Below are positions 18,839 through 28,057 of a stretch of 64,000 nucleotides of DNA, piece after piece. The notes below the pieces were generated by a model. It had not been told where the DNA came from, did no database searches, and worked only from the letters and a program-made list of their open reading frames with translations. The position numbers and the translations under genes were made by a program. How positions within the stretch are numbered: position 1 is the first letter of the stretch; every line of letters begins with the position of its first letter. Origin of the DNA: an uncultured Verrucomicrobiota bacterium. GTDB taxonomy: Bacteria > Verrucomicrobiota > Verrucomicrobiia > Palsa-1439. The stretch covers positions 521-64,520 of the forward strand of contig CAZMKD010000260.1 in the NCBI GenBank assembly GCA_964566575.1, given 5' to 3'.

Positions 18839-19546
18839 ATGCTCAAACTCGGCGTCAACATCGACCACATCGCCACACTCCGGCAGGCGCGTTACAAGAA
18901 CGATCTCGCCGGCGCCGAGCCTGATGTGATCGGCGCGGCCCGGGAAGTGATCGCCGCTGGTGCGCATGGCATCACCGTCCACCTCCGCGAAGACCGCCGC
19001 CACATCCATGATCGCGACGTCCAACTGCTGCGCCAAACCATTCCCGCCCGGCTTAATCTCGAGATGGCCGACGTCCCGGCGATCGTTGCCATTGCCGAGC
19101 AGCTTAAGCCCGACGAAGTCTGTCTCGTGCCGGAGAAACGCATCGAGGTTACGACCGAAGGCGGCCTCAACGTTACCGGCCCATCGCTGCCCCACACCAT
19201 CACCCGCCTGCAAGCCGTCGGCATCGTAGTGGGTCTGTTCATTGATCCCGACCCGAAACAAATCCGCGCCGCCGCGGATACGGGTGCTGAGTTCATCGAG
19301 TTGCATACGGGCGCGTATTCGCGGGACACAACCGAGATCAAGAAACTCGTTGCCGCAGCCGAACTCGCGCACAGCCTTGGTCTCCGCGTGAATGCCGGCC
19401 ACGGCCTCAACTACGAGAACACGACCGGCATCCGCCTCGTGCCGCATCTCGAAACATTGAATACCGGCCATGCGATCGTTTCCCGGGCAGTCTTCGTCGG
19501 CCTCCGCCAAGCCGTGCGCGAGATGCTCACCCTAATGAACCCATGA
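18839..19546 (+). CDS. pdxJ: Pyridoxine 5'-phosphate synthase.
   Basis: [36 protein letters not shown]. Confidence 0.92.
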   Translation: MLKLGVNIDHIATLRQARYKNDLAGAEPDVIGAAREVIAAGAHGITVHLREDRRHIHDRDVQLLRQTIPARLNLEMADVPAIVAIAEQLKPDEVCLVPEKRIEVTTEGGLNVTGPSLPHTITRLQAVGIVVGLFIDPDPKQIRAAADTGAEFIELHTGAYSRDTTEIKKLVAAAELAHSLGLRVNAGHGLNYENTTGIRLVPHLETLNTGHAIVSRAVFVGLRQAVREMLTLMNP

Positions 19547-19938
19547 AAATTGTCGGCACGGGCGTGGACATCGTCGAGACGGCGCGCATCCGCGATTCGC
19601 TCGACAAATTCGGTGACCGGTTTCTCAACCGGTGCTTTCTGCCCGGCGAGATCGCTTATTGCCGGAGCATGAAGTTTCCCGAGTTACACCTGGCTGCGCG
19701 GTTTGCTGCGAAGGAAGCGATCTCGAAAGCCTTCGGCACCGGGATCGGAAAACAGCTCGGCTGGCGCGACATGGAAATCTGCAAGCGCGACTCAGGCGAG
19801 CCGTACGTCCAACTGCACGGCAAGGGCGTTGAGTTGGCGCAGGCCCGGGGCGTCACCGAATTGTTCGTCAGCCTGTCGCACTGCAAGGAGTACGCGGCGG
19901 CCCACGCCGTGATTGTCTCACTGGCTGCGCCAGAATAA
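19543..19938 (+). CDS. acpS: Holo-[acyl-carrier-protein] synthase.
   Basis: [10 protein letters not shown]...FAAKEA..KA.G. 131 aa. It overlaps pdxJ by ATGA. Confidence 0.9.
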   Translation: MKIVGTGVDIVETARIRDSLDKFGDRFLNRCFLPGEIAYCRSMKFPELHLAARFAAKEAISKAFGTGIGKQLGWRDMEICKRDSGEPYVQLHGKGVELAQARGVTELFVSLSHCKEYAAAHAVIVSLAAPE

Positions 19939-20997
19939 TACCGTGCCCACAGCGGCGAAGACCGTGTTCGTCAGCCAGGCCGCCACCGCCGGTGGGATGC
20001 GTTCGCCTTTGCCGAATGCCAGCGTGATGTGGGTCAGAAAGTAGAACGCGATCACCAGTCCCAAGGCTGTCGCCACCCCCATCATCGCGCCCCCGCGACG
20101 GCTCACGCGCACCCCCAACGGCACTCCGAGCCAGACCACGATGAAACACGTCAGGGGGAATGCGTACCGCCGGTGATACTCCACCTGGTAATCTGCCACA
20201 TGCCCGAAGCGCCGTGAAGTTTGCAACGCCGCGATGTGGCGGCGCAATTCGGCCGTCGTCATCTGACTTGGCCGGCGACCTTCGAGGATGAGTCGCTTCG
20301 GCGATTCGGCAAATGCCGGGAAGTTCGTCTCCGCCACGTGCCAGACCGTCGCGTGTCCCTTTGAGTAGTCGTAGACTTCCGCCTGCCGGAATCGCCAGAG
20401 ACTGTTGCTCCAAACGGCGCTCTCCGCAAACACGTCGAGCTGCGGTTTGTTGTCAGGGCTGCGCTGGTGCACTTCGACGGTCTCAAGTTTCCGGCTGCGA
20501 GTGTCGAACCGCCGGGCAAACCAGTCGCGGCGCTCGGTGGTGTTGGCGAAGAAAAAGCGTTCGAGCACGTACTTCGAACCGCGTCCGCGCAATTCGATCA
20601 TGAACGCGTCGGCCTTCTCCTTGGCGCGCGGCACGAACGCCTCGTCCACGAGAAACACCACGACCGTCGCCACCAGGCCCACCATCAGCAGCGGCGTAGC
20701 CATGCGTGCGACACCAATTCCGCTGGCGCGCATCGCGATCAGCTCGTTGTTCTTGCCGAGATTGGAGAGGCAGAAGAGCACCGCCAACAGCAGCGACATC
20801 GGTAGGATCAGGACGAACGCTTCCGGCAGGACAATGAGATAGTAGTGAAGAATCGACCCGAACTTGGCGTGGTATTGGATGAAATCGGTCAGATTATCGA
20901 GCAGGTCAAGCACGATCCACAGCGTTGCAAACGCGTCGAAGCAATACAGCAGCGGCCACGCGAATTCCTTCAGTAGATACTTGTCGATGATGCGCAC
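19918..20997 (-). CDS. LptF/LptG family LPS-export permease (YjgP/YjgQ).
   Basis: 359 aa. MRIIDKYLLKEF... The topology is six TM segments with a central periplasmic beta-jellyroll, consistent with the family. Confidence 0.85.
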   Translation of the reverse strand: MRIIDKYLLKEFAWPLLYCFDAFATLWIVLDLLDNLTDFIQYHAKFGSILHYYLIVLPEAFVLILPMSLLLAVLFCLSNLGKNNELIAMRASGIGVARMATPLLMVGLVATVVVFLVDEAFVPRAKEKADAFMIELRGRGSKYVLERFFFANTTERRDWFARRFDTRSRKLETVEVHQRSPDNKPQLDVFAESAVWSNSLWRFRQAEVYDYSKGHATVWHVAETNFPAFAESPKRLILEGRRPSQMTTAELRRHIAALQTSRRFGHVADYQVEYHRRYAFPLTCFIVVWLGVPLGVRVSRRGGAMMGVATALGLVIAFYFLTHITLAFGKGERIPPAVAAWLTNTVFAAVGTVLFWRSQ

Positions 20998-21041
20998 TCG
21001 CGCAGCTTAGGCAAGCCCGGCAATCGGGGCGAGGAAAAACT

Positions 21042-22106
21042 CTAGCGCGATTTGAGTTGGTACAGGGCGCGGGACACCCGCTGAGCGTCGCCCATCAAGT
21101 TCAGTATGCGCAAAATGTAGCCGGCGCCTTTGCGACTGTGCGACTTCATGCGCTCATTGTACAACCGCGTCAACTCATGGAAGTGGATCGGCTCCGGACG
21201 GCCGCGCAAGATGTCGGCCAGTATGACTGGCGCGCCGAGCGTCGGCAGGAAATACCGGCGGTCGACCGTGCCGCTGATGTGGGGATGATGATCGAGGATA
21301 ACCGTGACCAGCCGCGGCCGCTGGCCGTTGAGGAAGTTGAGATCGTCGGACACGGTCGCCAGAATGTTCTCAAATGGGACCGGCAGGCGTTCGGTATGAA
21401 GCAACTGAAGGATTTGCTTTTCCACATGGCTGAGCGTTTGGGGCGGGAGAGTCGCGAAGTAGTCGTACCGGAAACTGATCCGTGAATACGTCTCGCTGAG
21501 CAGCAACAACGAGCCCCACGGTTGATAGCCGCCCAGCTTCGGATCGGCGGCCCACTCGGTCAACTCGGCGGACGTCACGACGCAGCTAGCCGACTGGATG
21601 CGATTGGCCCAGTAAATTTCCTGCGTCTCCGCCACCGCCGCCGGCAACAGCGCGCGCAACGCAGCCAGTCCCGTCTCCTCGATCTGCCGGACTCGCTCGC
21701 GCGTCAAGCCGCCGCGCATCTCATCGGCGATTTCTGAGAGTGTGCGGCGCTTCATGTGTGGACGGAACAATGGGTCAGTCAGCCCGAATCGCTGCTCCAA
21801 CACATGAACCTCCTGCCGGTTTAGAAACTCCCGCAGGAACATCGGGAGACTAGGCAGCGAACAGTCGTTGGCTTCCAGTTTCTTCGTCCATTTGAAGAAC
21901 CACCGGACGTTATCGCGCGAAATCACACCGAAATGGTTCAACGTGAGCAATCGCTTGTCCGTCCACTCGCGCAATTCCCCCACTGTCTGAACATTCGCGT
22001 GCGTAAGGCAATGGACAACCCGTGCACTCAGGCCGGCTGTTTTGATCGGCCAAGCGTTGATTTCACGGCGCGAAATCTTCGTGGGAAGTAGTGGCTTACT
22101 ATTCAA
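21042..22106 (-). CDS. Putative DNA-binding regulatory protein with a sigma-70 region-4-like HTH and an RNAP-alpha-CTD-like helix-hairpin-helix.
   Basis: HTH RRTLSEIADEMRGGLTRERVRQIEETGLAALR. N-terminal HCLTHANVQTVGELREWTDKRLLTLNHFGVISRDNV. Confidence 0.55.
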   Translation of the reverse strand: MNSKPLLPTKISRREINAWPIKTAGLSARVVHCLTHANVQTVGELREWTDKRLLTLNHFGVISRDNVRWFFKWTKKLEANDCSLPSLPMFLREFLNRQEVHVLEQRFGLTDPLFRPHMKRRTLSEIADEMRGGLTRERVRQIEETGLAALRALLPAAVAETQEIYWANRIQSASCVVTSAELTEWAADPKLGGYQPWGSLLLLSETYSRISFRYDYFATLPPQTLSHVEKQILQLLHTERLPVPFENILATVSDDLNFLNGQRPRLVTVILDHHPHISGTVDRRYFLPTLGAPVILADILRGRPEPIHFHELTRLYNERMKSHSRKGAGYILRILNLMGDAQRVSRALYQLKSR

Positions 22107-22224
22107 CTATCAGGCCTCCAACATCAATAGGTTGTACGCATGTCTACCTGCGACTCAATTAGTGGTAGAATGCCAGAACCCATCCAGCAGTCAAGGCAAA
22201 TTCCGGGTGACTAATTCCGAGTGA

Positions 22225-24051
22225 CTATGGCTTTGCTGTGTCGGCGTCGCTACCGAGCACTGCTTCGAGCTGCGGATCGCGGTCGGCGCCGAGATCGCGT
22301 GCTCGTTGGTAGTGGTGCCGTGAGAGTTCGAGCCGGGGCGTTTTCTGCCGCGAATAAATCACGGCCAGATTGAAGTGGGCATCGGCGTACTGTTCGTTCA
22401 ATTCAATCGCGCGCCGCACCTCTTGTTCGGCGGCGCTTGACCAACCTTTCTCGCTCATCACGATGCCGAGGTAATTATGCGCCTCGGCGTTGCGCGGATT
22501 GAGCGCCACCGCACGGGTCAGTTCGCTGTAGGCGTCATCCGTCTTTCCTTTACGATAACAAACCACTCCGAGAACGGATCGCGCCTGGCTATCGTTCGGC
22601 GTAGCGGCCACGCTCTTCCGAAGTACTTCCTCCGCTTCGTCGAGCCGGTTGAGCTTGTAGTAGACCACCCCGAGATTGGACAACGCCGTCATGTTGTTCG
22701 GCTCTTGATCGAGCACCGCCTGGAATTTGGACGCGGCAGTGGCGAGATCGCGTTGGGCAACGGCCGCGCGAGCCTCGTCAAGGAGGCCGCGGATGAGCGG
22801 CGATTCGGGGGACGTGGGGGGGGGCGGTGACGGCTCGCGTGTGGTCTCGGGCGGTGTGGGCGCTTTGACAGCCGCCGTGAGCTTGCCGACTTCAGATTGT
22901 GAAATGGCCGAAGCAGGTGGGATGGCCGGTTCGCCAGCCACAGCGGGTCGCGTCTCACGCGGTTTGAACCAAAGGAAGCCTCTTCTGGGCTTGGCCGTCG
23001 TTACCGCGTTCTTCTTGCCGGCAATCTCGCGCAGGAGCGCGTTTTCATTACGCAACTGCTGGATGATTTCGTTGTCTTTTTCGGTCGAGGTTTTCGCGGC
23101 GCGAAGCTGGCGCTCGTTCTCGTTGAGCCGGGCCATCAGCTCCTCTTGCGCCTGTTCCAGCCGGGAATTGTCGGCGCGCAGCTTCACCAATTCGGACGAG
23201 TCAACGGCCGGCACGGTCTTGCCGGTTGCGGTGAGTTCGTCGCGCATCTTCGTGATCTCAGCTTGTGCCGAAGCCAATTGCGCGGTGAGGTCGGCATTCT
23301 TCTTCATCAAATCCTCGACCTGCGGCGAGGTTTGCGCGGCGGACAACTTGCCGAGCGCGTCCTGCAACTTGGTATTCAATCCCGTTCGTTCGGTTTCCAA
23401 GTTGCGAATCTTTTCCTGCGACTGCTGCAATTCCGCTTCGAGTTGATCGGCGCGCGCTGCTTTCTCCTTGGCGGTCTCCAGCTTGGCGGTCACGGCCTCG
23501 TTCACGGCTTGCAAGCCGCGCAGTTGCTCGAGCGTTTGCTGGGCGGTCGAGCGGTCGGACGGGGCTGGCTCTTTGAGTTTCTCTTCGAGCCGCGAAGTGA
23601 GACGGTCGCGAATTTCTTCGAGCTTCCGGACTTCGTCCCGACTCTTCTGCAACGCTGTCTGCAATTGCCGGATCTGCTCGGTCTCGCCGGATGGCGCAGG
23701 CACTTCAACGGCTCCAGGCGCCGTTGCCGGCGGCGCGGCTGGGGCAGCCGGGCCGGCTGCGATCATTGATTTGACGGCGGCAAGGTGGTCGCGACAATAC
23801 CGGATCCGAAATCCGAGGAGGCTAGGACGCCAATCATCGTTGTCGGCTTTGATCTCGTCTAAAATCTTGAGCGCGGCAGTGTATTTCGACTGCGCTCTCG
23901 GCCACTCGCCCCCCGCCGACGCGTCATCGCCTGATTCGATCAGAAAATACGCGTCCAGATAACGTTGATCGGGGTCGGCAGCGACCGAGAACCGAGGCAC
24001 GCTCAACGCCGCAATAGACAAGAATGTGAAGACGAGAACAGGACGTATCAT
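22225..24051 (-). CDS. Secreted tetratricopeptide-repeat protein with a long central coiled-coil.
   Basis: Signal peptide MIRPVLVFTFLSIAALSVPRFSVAA. Heptad-rich central region, with a Pro-rich spacer before the C-terminal TPRs. C-terminal TPR units such as ALSNLGVVYYKLNRLDEA, AHNYLGIVMSEKG. Confidence 0.85.
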   Translation of the reverse strand: MIRPVLVFTFLSIAALSVPRFSVAADPDQRYLDAYFLIESGDDASAGGEWPRAQSKYTAALKILDEIKADNDDWRPSLLGFRIRYCRDHLAAVKSMIAAGPAAPAAPPATAPGAVEVPAPSGETEQIRQLQTALQKSRDEVRKLEEIRDRLTSRLEEKLKEPAPSDRSTAQQTLEQLRGLQAVNEAVTAKLETAKEKAARADQLEAELQQSQEKIRNLETERTGLNTKLQDALGKLSAAQTSPQVEDLMKKNADLTAQLASAQAEITKMRDELTATGKTVPAVDSSELVKLRADNSRLEQAQEELMARLNENERQLRAAKTSTEKDNEIIQQLRNENALLREIAGKKNAVTTAKPRRGFLWFKPRETRPAVAGEPAIPPASAISQSEVGKLTAAVKAPTPPETTREPSPPPPTSPESPLIRGLLDEARAAVAQRDLATAASKFQAVLDQEPNNMTALSNLGVVYYKLNRLDEAEEVLRKSVAATPNDSQARSVLGVVCYRKGKTDDAYSELTRAVALNPRNAEAHNYLGIVMSEKGWSSAAEQEVRRAIELNEQYADAHFNLAVIYSRQKTPRLELSRHHYQRARDLGADRDPQLEAVLGSDADTAKP

Positions 24052-24178
24052 AGTGGGGGAAGACTCTAGCGAAATAGTCCGGTCTTTTCAACGATTTTGC
24101 GTTCGCCGACCGAACGATAGAGATAGCCGACGCGGGCGCTACTCCGCGTTCGGCTCATCGGATGGTTCGGCTTGCCTC

Positions 24179-24454
24179 TCATCTTCTGAACCATGGACGG
24201 TCTCTTCCTTCGGAATCCAGCATCCACTCAGGGTGTTGCCTAATCTTGAAGAAGCCCAAGGCGGCAATACAACTGATAATCGCGTCGAAGGCGAGGCGAA
24301 GATTCACTCTCCCGACCAATTTGAGGTTGTACAGTATCATCACAAAGAAGAAGAGGCTCAAGAGCGCGAAGCAGCCTGTGAACATCCACCAGACCACCCT
24401 CCTTGCGGTGGACCATCTTTGTTTGGGGCTTGGTACCATTCTTCCACCGAACAT
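24179..24454 (-). CDS. Possible small two-TM membrane protein (91 aa) in an AT-rich island. Codon usage is atypical (AGA/AAA/ATA-rich).
   Basis: Two hydrophobic helices, WWMFTGCFALLSLFFFVMILY and AIISCIAALGFF. The local GC is roughly 50% against a window average above 60%. Confidence 0.35.
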   Translation of the reverse strand: MFGGRMVPSPKQRWSTARRVVWWMFTGCFALLSLFFFVMILYNLKLVGRVNLRLAFDAIISCIAALGFFKIRQHPEWMLDSEGRDRPWFRR

Positions 24455-24560
24455 GAATTAGGCGCGACTGTGTGCACGGGTGACTTTTGTAAGTCCGTTC
24501 ATTATCCTGTAGTTATGAAAGCTCACTTGCGAATTTCTATCAAGGATTGATTTCTCCAGC

Positions 24561-24600
24561 GCCCGCATGAGAAGCCCTTCGGGCCGCCGGCGCGGGGATT
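24561..24600 (-). terminator. Candidate terminator for the M20 peptidase gene.
   Basis: A GC-rich nested hairpin GCCCGAAGGGC sits inside CCCGC...GCGGG immediately 3' of the stop. The U-tract is weak (TTCTCAT). Confidence 0.3.
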
Positions 24601-25992
24601 TCAGAGCGTTCCGGCTTCGCCGAGCCGCCGCAGCAACTCCACGCTCATGGTGATCCCGCGGTGGAAATTATCGACCTCCATCTTCTCGTTGGGCGAATGC
24701 GCGTTGCAGTCCGGCAGGATCAGGCCGACTAACAGGATTTCCCTGGAGACACACCGGCTCAGTGTGTCGAGGATCGGGATCGAGCCGCCTTCGCGCATCA
24801 GGACCGGCTTTCGGCCAAACGCTTTCTCCAACGCCTTCAACGCGGCGCGCGCTCCCGCGCGATCTGTCGAGACCAGGAACGGCGGACCGCCGTGACCGTC
24901 GGCAATCGTCAGGCGCACCGACTTCGGGCATTGCCGGCGCAAATGACGCGCGACCAGTCGCTGGATTTTCTTCAACGATTGACCCGGCACGAGTCGGCAG
25001 GTGATTTTCGCGGTGGCCCACGCCGGCACGATGGTCTTGCCGCCCGGGCCTTGGTAGCCGCCGGTCATGCCGTTGATTTCGAACGTCGGTCGCGCCCAGC
25101 GTCGCTCCAGCGTCGTGAACCCGCGTTCGCCGGCCAACGCCGCCACGTCGAGGAATTTCGCATACTCCTTGTCGTTGAATGGCAGCTTCGCCCACATCCG
25201 CCGCTCGCGCGCGGCGAGCGGACGCACATCGTCGTAAAAGCCGGGAATCGTGATGCGGCCGTGGGCGTCCACGCAACCGGCCAGCAGTTTGGAAAGTTCC
25301 ATCACAGGATTCGCGAAGCTGCCGCCAAACAATCCGCTGTGCATGTCGCGTGACGGCCCATCGAGCCGCACTTCGAACGACAAAATCCCGCGCGCGCCAT
25401 AGGTGAGCGACGGCAAATTCTTGGCGAACATGCCGGTGTCCGAAACGACCACGTAATCGGCGCGCAACCGCCGGGCATTGCGCCGGCAAAACTCCATCAA
25501 TGCTTCGCTGCCGACTTCCTCTTCGCCTTCGATGAGGAACACGACATTCACCGGCAAGGGTGTGCCGGTCTTCAGGTACGCCTCCACCGCCTTGACGTGC
25601 GCGAACATCGGCCCTTTGTCGTCGGCGCTGCCGCGCGCAAACATCTGGTTGCCGCGGATCGTCAACTCAAACGGCGGCGTCTTCCACAACTCGAACGGCT
25701 CCGGTGGTTGCACATCGTAGTGACCGTAGATCAAAACCGTCGGAGCGTGGGCGCGTTTACCCCGCTCAGAGCGGGGTGAAGCGTGGAGCGTGGCTTCGAT
25801 GATCGGGTGGCCGGCAGTTTTGTGAACGGTGGCGCTCAGGCCGAGTTTGCGGAAATGATTGGCCAGCCACGCGGCGCACGCGAGGACGTCGCGCCGGTGC
25901 TCGGACTGCGCCGAGACACTGGGGAACCGGACGAGTTGCCGGAGTTCGTGGACGAACCGATTACGGTGCTGGTCGAGGTAGGACTGGATCAT
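24601..25992 (-). CDS. M20 family metallopeptidase (dipeptidase/ArgE/DapE-like).
   Basis: 463 aa. HYDVQP, GSADDKG, EGEEE.GS, HSPNE metal and catalytic motifs. Confidence 0.88.
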   Translation of the reverse strand: MIQSYLDQHRNRFVHELRQLVRFPSVSAQSEHRRDVLACAAWLANHFRKLGLSATVHKTAGHPIIEATLHASPRSERGKRAHAPTVLIYGHYDVQPPEPFELWKTPPFELTIRGNQMFARGSADDKGPMFAHVKAVEAYLKTGTPLPVNVVFLIEGEEEVGSEALMEFCRRNARRLRADYVVVSDTGMFAKNLPSLTYGARGILSFEVRLDGPSRDMHSGLFGGSFANPVMELSKLLAGCVDAHGRITIPGFYDDVRPLAARERRMWAKLPFNDKEYAKFLDVAALAGERGFTTLERRWARPTFEINGMTGGYQGPGGKTIVPAWATAKITCRLVPGQSLKKIQRLVARHLRRQCPKSVRLTIADGHGGPPFLVSTDRAGARAALKALEKAFGRKPVLMREGGSIPILDTLSRCVSREILLVGLILPDCNAHSPNEKMEVDNFHRGITMSVELLRRLGEAGTL

Positions 25993-26059
25993 GCGGGCAT
26001 CTTCCCCGTTTTTTCTTTCCGGCGCAACCCCCGGCGACTAAACTGCCTCGTACACGCGC

Positions 26060-28021
26060 ATGCGCACGACATTCGACCAGACCGAATGCCAGAACCTCAA
26101 GAACGCGCTCTCGAAAGAGTGGCTCGAGACGAACGGTCTCGGTAGTTTTGCGTGCTCGACCATCATCGGCGCGAACGTCCGCCGGCAAAACGGCCTGCTC
26201 GTCGCGTCGTTGCGGCCGCCGGCCGAACGGTATGTGCTGCTCTCGAAAGTCGAGGAGCGCGCACGCGTCGGCGACCAGGAATGCCATCTCTCGACGAACC
26301 TTTACCCCAGCACCGTTTATCCCCACGGTTTCAACATCCAAGCCGAGTTCCGCCTGCGCCCGTGGCCGACGTTCCGGTACTTGTGCGACACCTGTGAGAT
26401 CGAGAAGAGCGTGTGCCTGATCCACGGCGAGAACACAGTCGTCATCAGCTACCGCGTCATCCACGCCAAGGGCCCGGTCGAACTGAAAGTCCGGCCGCTG
26501 CTCGCGTTTCGCGACTACAACACGCTCCAACGCCGCAACGACGCTGCCGACCTCACCGTCGAACGTGGCACTGCCGTCGTCTCGGTGCAACCGTACCGGA
26601 ACTTACCGCGACTGTATTTCTACGCGAAGGCCGACGGAGTCGATACGAAGAGCGATTGGTACAACCGGTTTCACTACCCGATCGAACAGGAACGCGGACT
26701 CGACTTCGAGGAGGATTTGTTCACGCCGTTTGAACTCACGTTCAAGATTCCGGCCGGCCAAGCGGTGCACATCGTCGTCACCACCGAGAAGAAGACTGGC
26801 GCCGACGCCGAGAAACTCCTCGCCGTGGAACGTCAGCGCCGCAAACAACATTTCGAGGTTGAATCCGACCCCACCCGGCAAGCGTTGCTCATCGCCGCCG
26901 ACTCGTTCATCACAAAACGCGGCAAGGATTTCAAGAGCGTGCTGGCCGGGTTCCCGTGGTTCACCGATTGGGGACGCGACACGATGATCGCGTTGCCGGG
27001 CCTGACGCTCACGTCCGGCAAGTTCGACCTCGCGAAGGAGGTGCTGCTGACGTTCGCCAAGTATTGCGACAAGGGAATGATTCCCAATGTGTTTCCCGAT
27101 GCCGGCGAGACGCCCGAATACAACACCGTTGACGGCGCGCTGTGGTTCGTCGTGGCCGGCTGGAAATACTGGAAAGCCAGCGGCGACGACGCCGGCACGA
27201 AACAACTGTTGCCGGCCATCTCCGATGTCATCAGGTTCTACAAGGACGGCACGCGTTTCGACATCTACGCAGACACCGACGGCCTGATCACTGCCGGCAC
27301 GCCCGGTACTCAGCTCACGTGGATGGACGTGAAAGTGGACGGCTACGTCCCCACACCGCGTCACGGCAAGCCGGTCGAGATCAACGCCCTTTGGCTCAAC
27401 GCGCTGCTCATGCTCGCCGAGATGGAGGAAAGGCTAGCCAACGACATCCAGTCCGCAGTCATCTTACGTAAGCTCGCCGACCAAGTGGCCGGCAGTTTTA
27501 TGAAAACCTTCTGGAACGCCAACGGCGGCTACCTCTATGACGTCGTCCAATGCGACTTCCGCGAGCCGGCGATACGTCCCAACCAGATTTTCGCCGTCAG
27601 CCTCCCCCACTCACCGCTCGACAACGCACAGCAGAAATCCGTGCTCGATTGCGTGACGAAGCATCTGCTCACCCCGGTCGGCCTGCGCTCACTCGCCCGC
27701 GGCCATGAAAAGTATCGTCCTAAATATACCGGCAACCGCTGGCAACGCGACTGCGCCTATCATCAGGGAACGGTTTGGGCTTGGCTCATCGGCCCGTATT
27801 GCGACGCCTACGCCAAAGTCAACGGTACCGGCAAGACTCAGAAAAAAGAGATCGCTGGCCTGCTCCAAGGTTTGATCACCCACCTCGAAGAGGCCGGCCT
27901 CAACAGCGTCTCCGAAATCTTCGACGCCGATACGCCGCACCGCCCCGTCGGCTGTTTTGCCCAAGCCTGGAGCGTTTCGGAGCTGCTGCGTGTGTACGAC
28001 ACGTACGTTCGCCAGGCGTAG
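26060..28021 (+). CDS. Glycogen debranching enzyme / amylo-alpha-1,6-glucosidase (GDE N-terminal bacterial domain plus GDE_C).
   Basis: 653 aa. GFPWFTDWGRDTMIALPG, NALW.NAL, AWSVSELLRV. Confidence 0.88.
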   Translation: MRTTFDQTECQNLKNALSKEWLETNGLGSFACSTIIGANVRRQNGLLVASLRPPAERYVLLSKVEERARVGDQECHLSTNLYPSTVYPHGFNIQAEFRLRPWPTFRYLCDTCEIEKSVCLIHGENTVVISYRVIHAKGPVELKVRPLLAFRDYNTLQRRNDAADLTVERGTAVVSVQPYRNLPRLYFYAKADGVDTKSDWYNRFHYPIEQERGLDFEEDLFTPFELTFKIPAGQAVHIVVTTEKKTGADAEKLLAVERQRRKQHFEVESDPTRQALLIAADSFITKRGKDFKSVLAGFPWFTDWGRDTMIALPGLTLTSGKFDLAKEVLLTFAKYCDKGMIPNVFPDAGETPEYNTVDGALWFVVAGWKYWKASGDDAGTKQLLPAISDVIRFYKDGTRFDIYADTDGLITAGTPGTQLTWMDVKVDGYVPTPRHGKPVEINALWLNALLMLAEMEERLANDIQSAVILRKLADQVAGSFMKTFWNANGGYLYDVVQCDFREPAIRPNQIFAVSLPHSPLDNAQQKSVLDCVTKHLLTPVGLRSLARGHEKYRPKYTGNRWQRDCAYHQGTVWAWLIGPYCDAYAKVNGTGKTQKKEIAGLLQGLITHLEEAGLNSVSEIFDADTPHRPVGCFAQAWSVSELLRVYDTYVRQA

Positions 28022-28057
28022 CTTTTCTTGGTGCCTCGGTGGTAAAACACCGGTGAT

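Noticed and set aside
24026-24550. A 174-aa plus-strand ORF spanning the AT-rich island.
   Set aside because: It overlaps the TPR gene start. It has no signal or TM features and a mixed composition. The minus-strand 91-aa ORF is better supported, though still weak.
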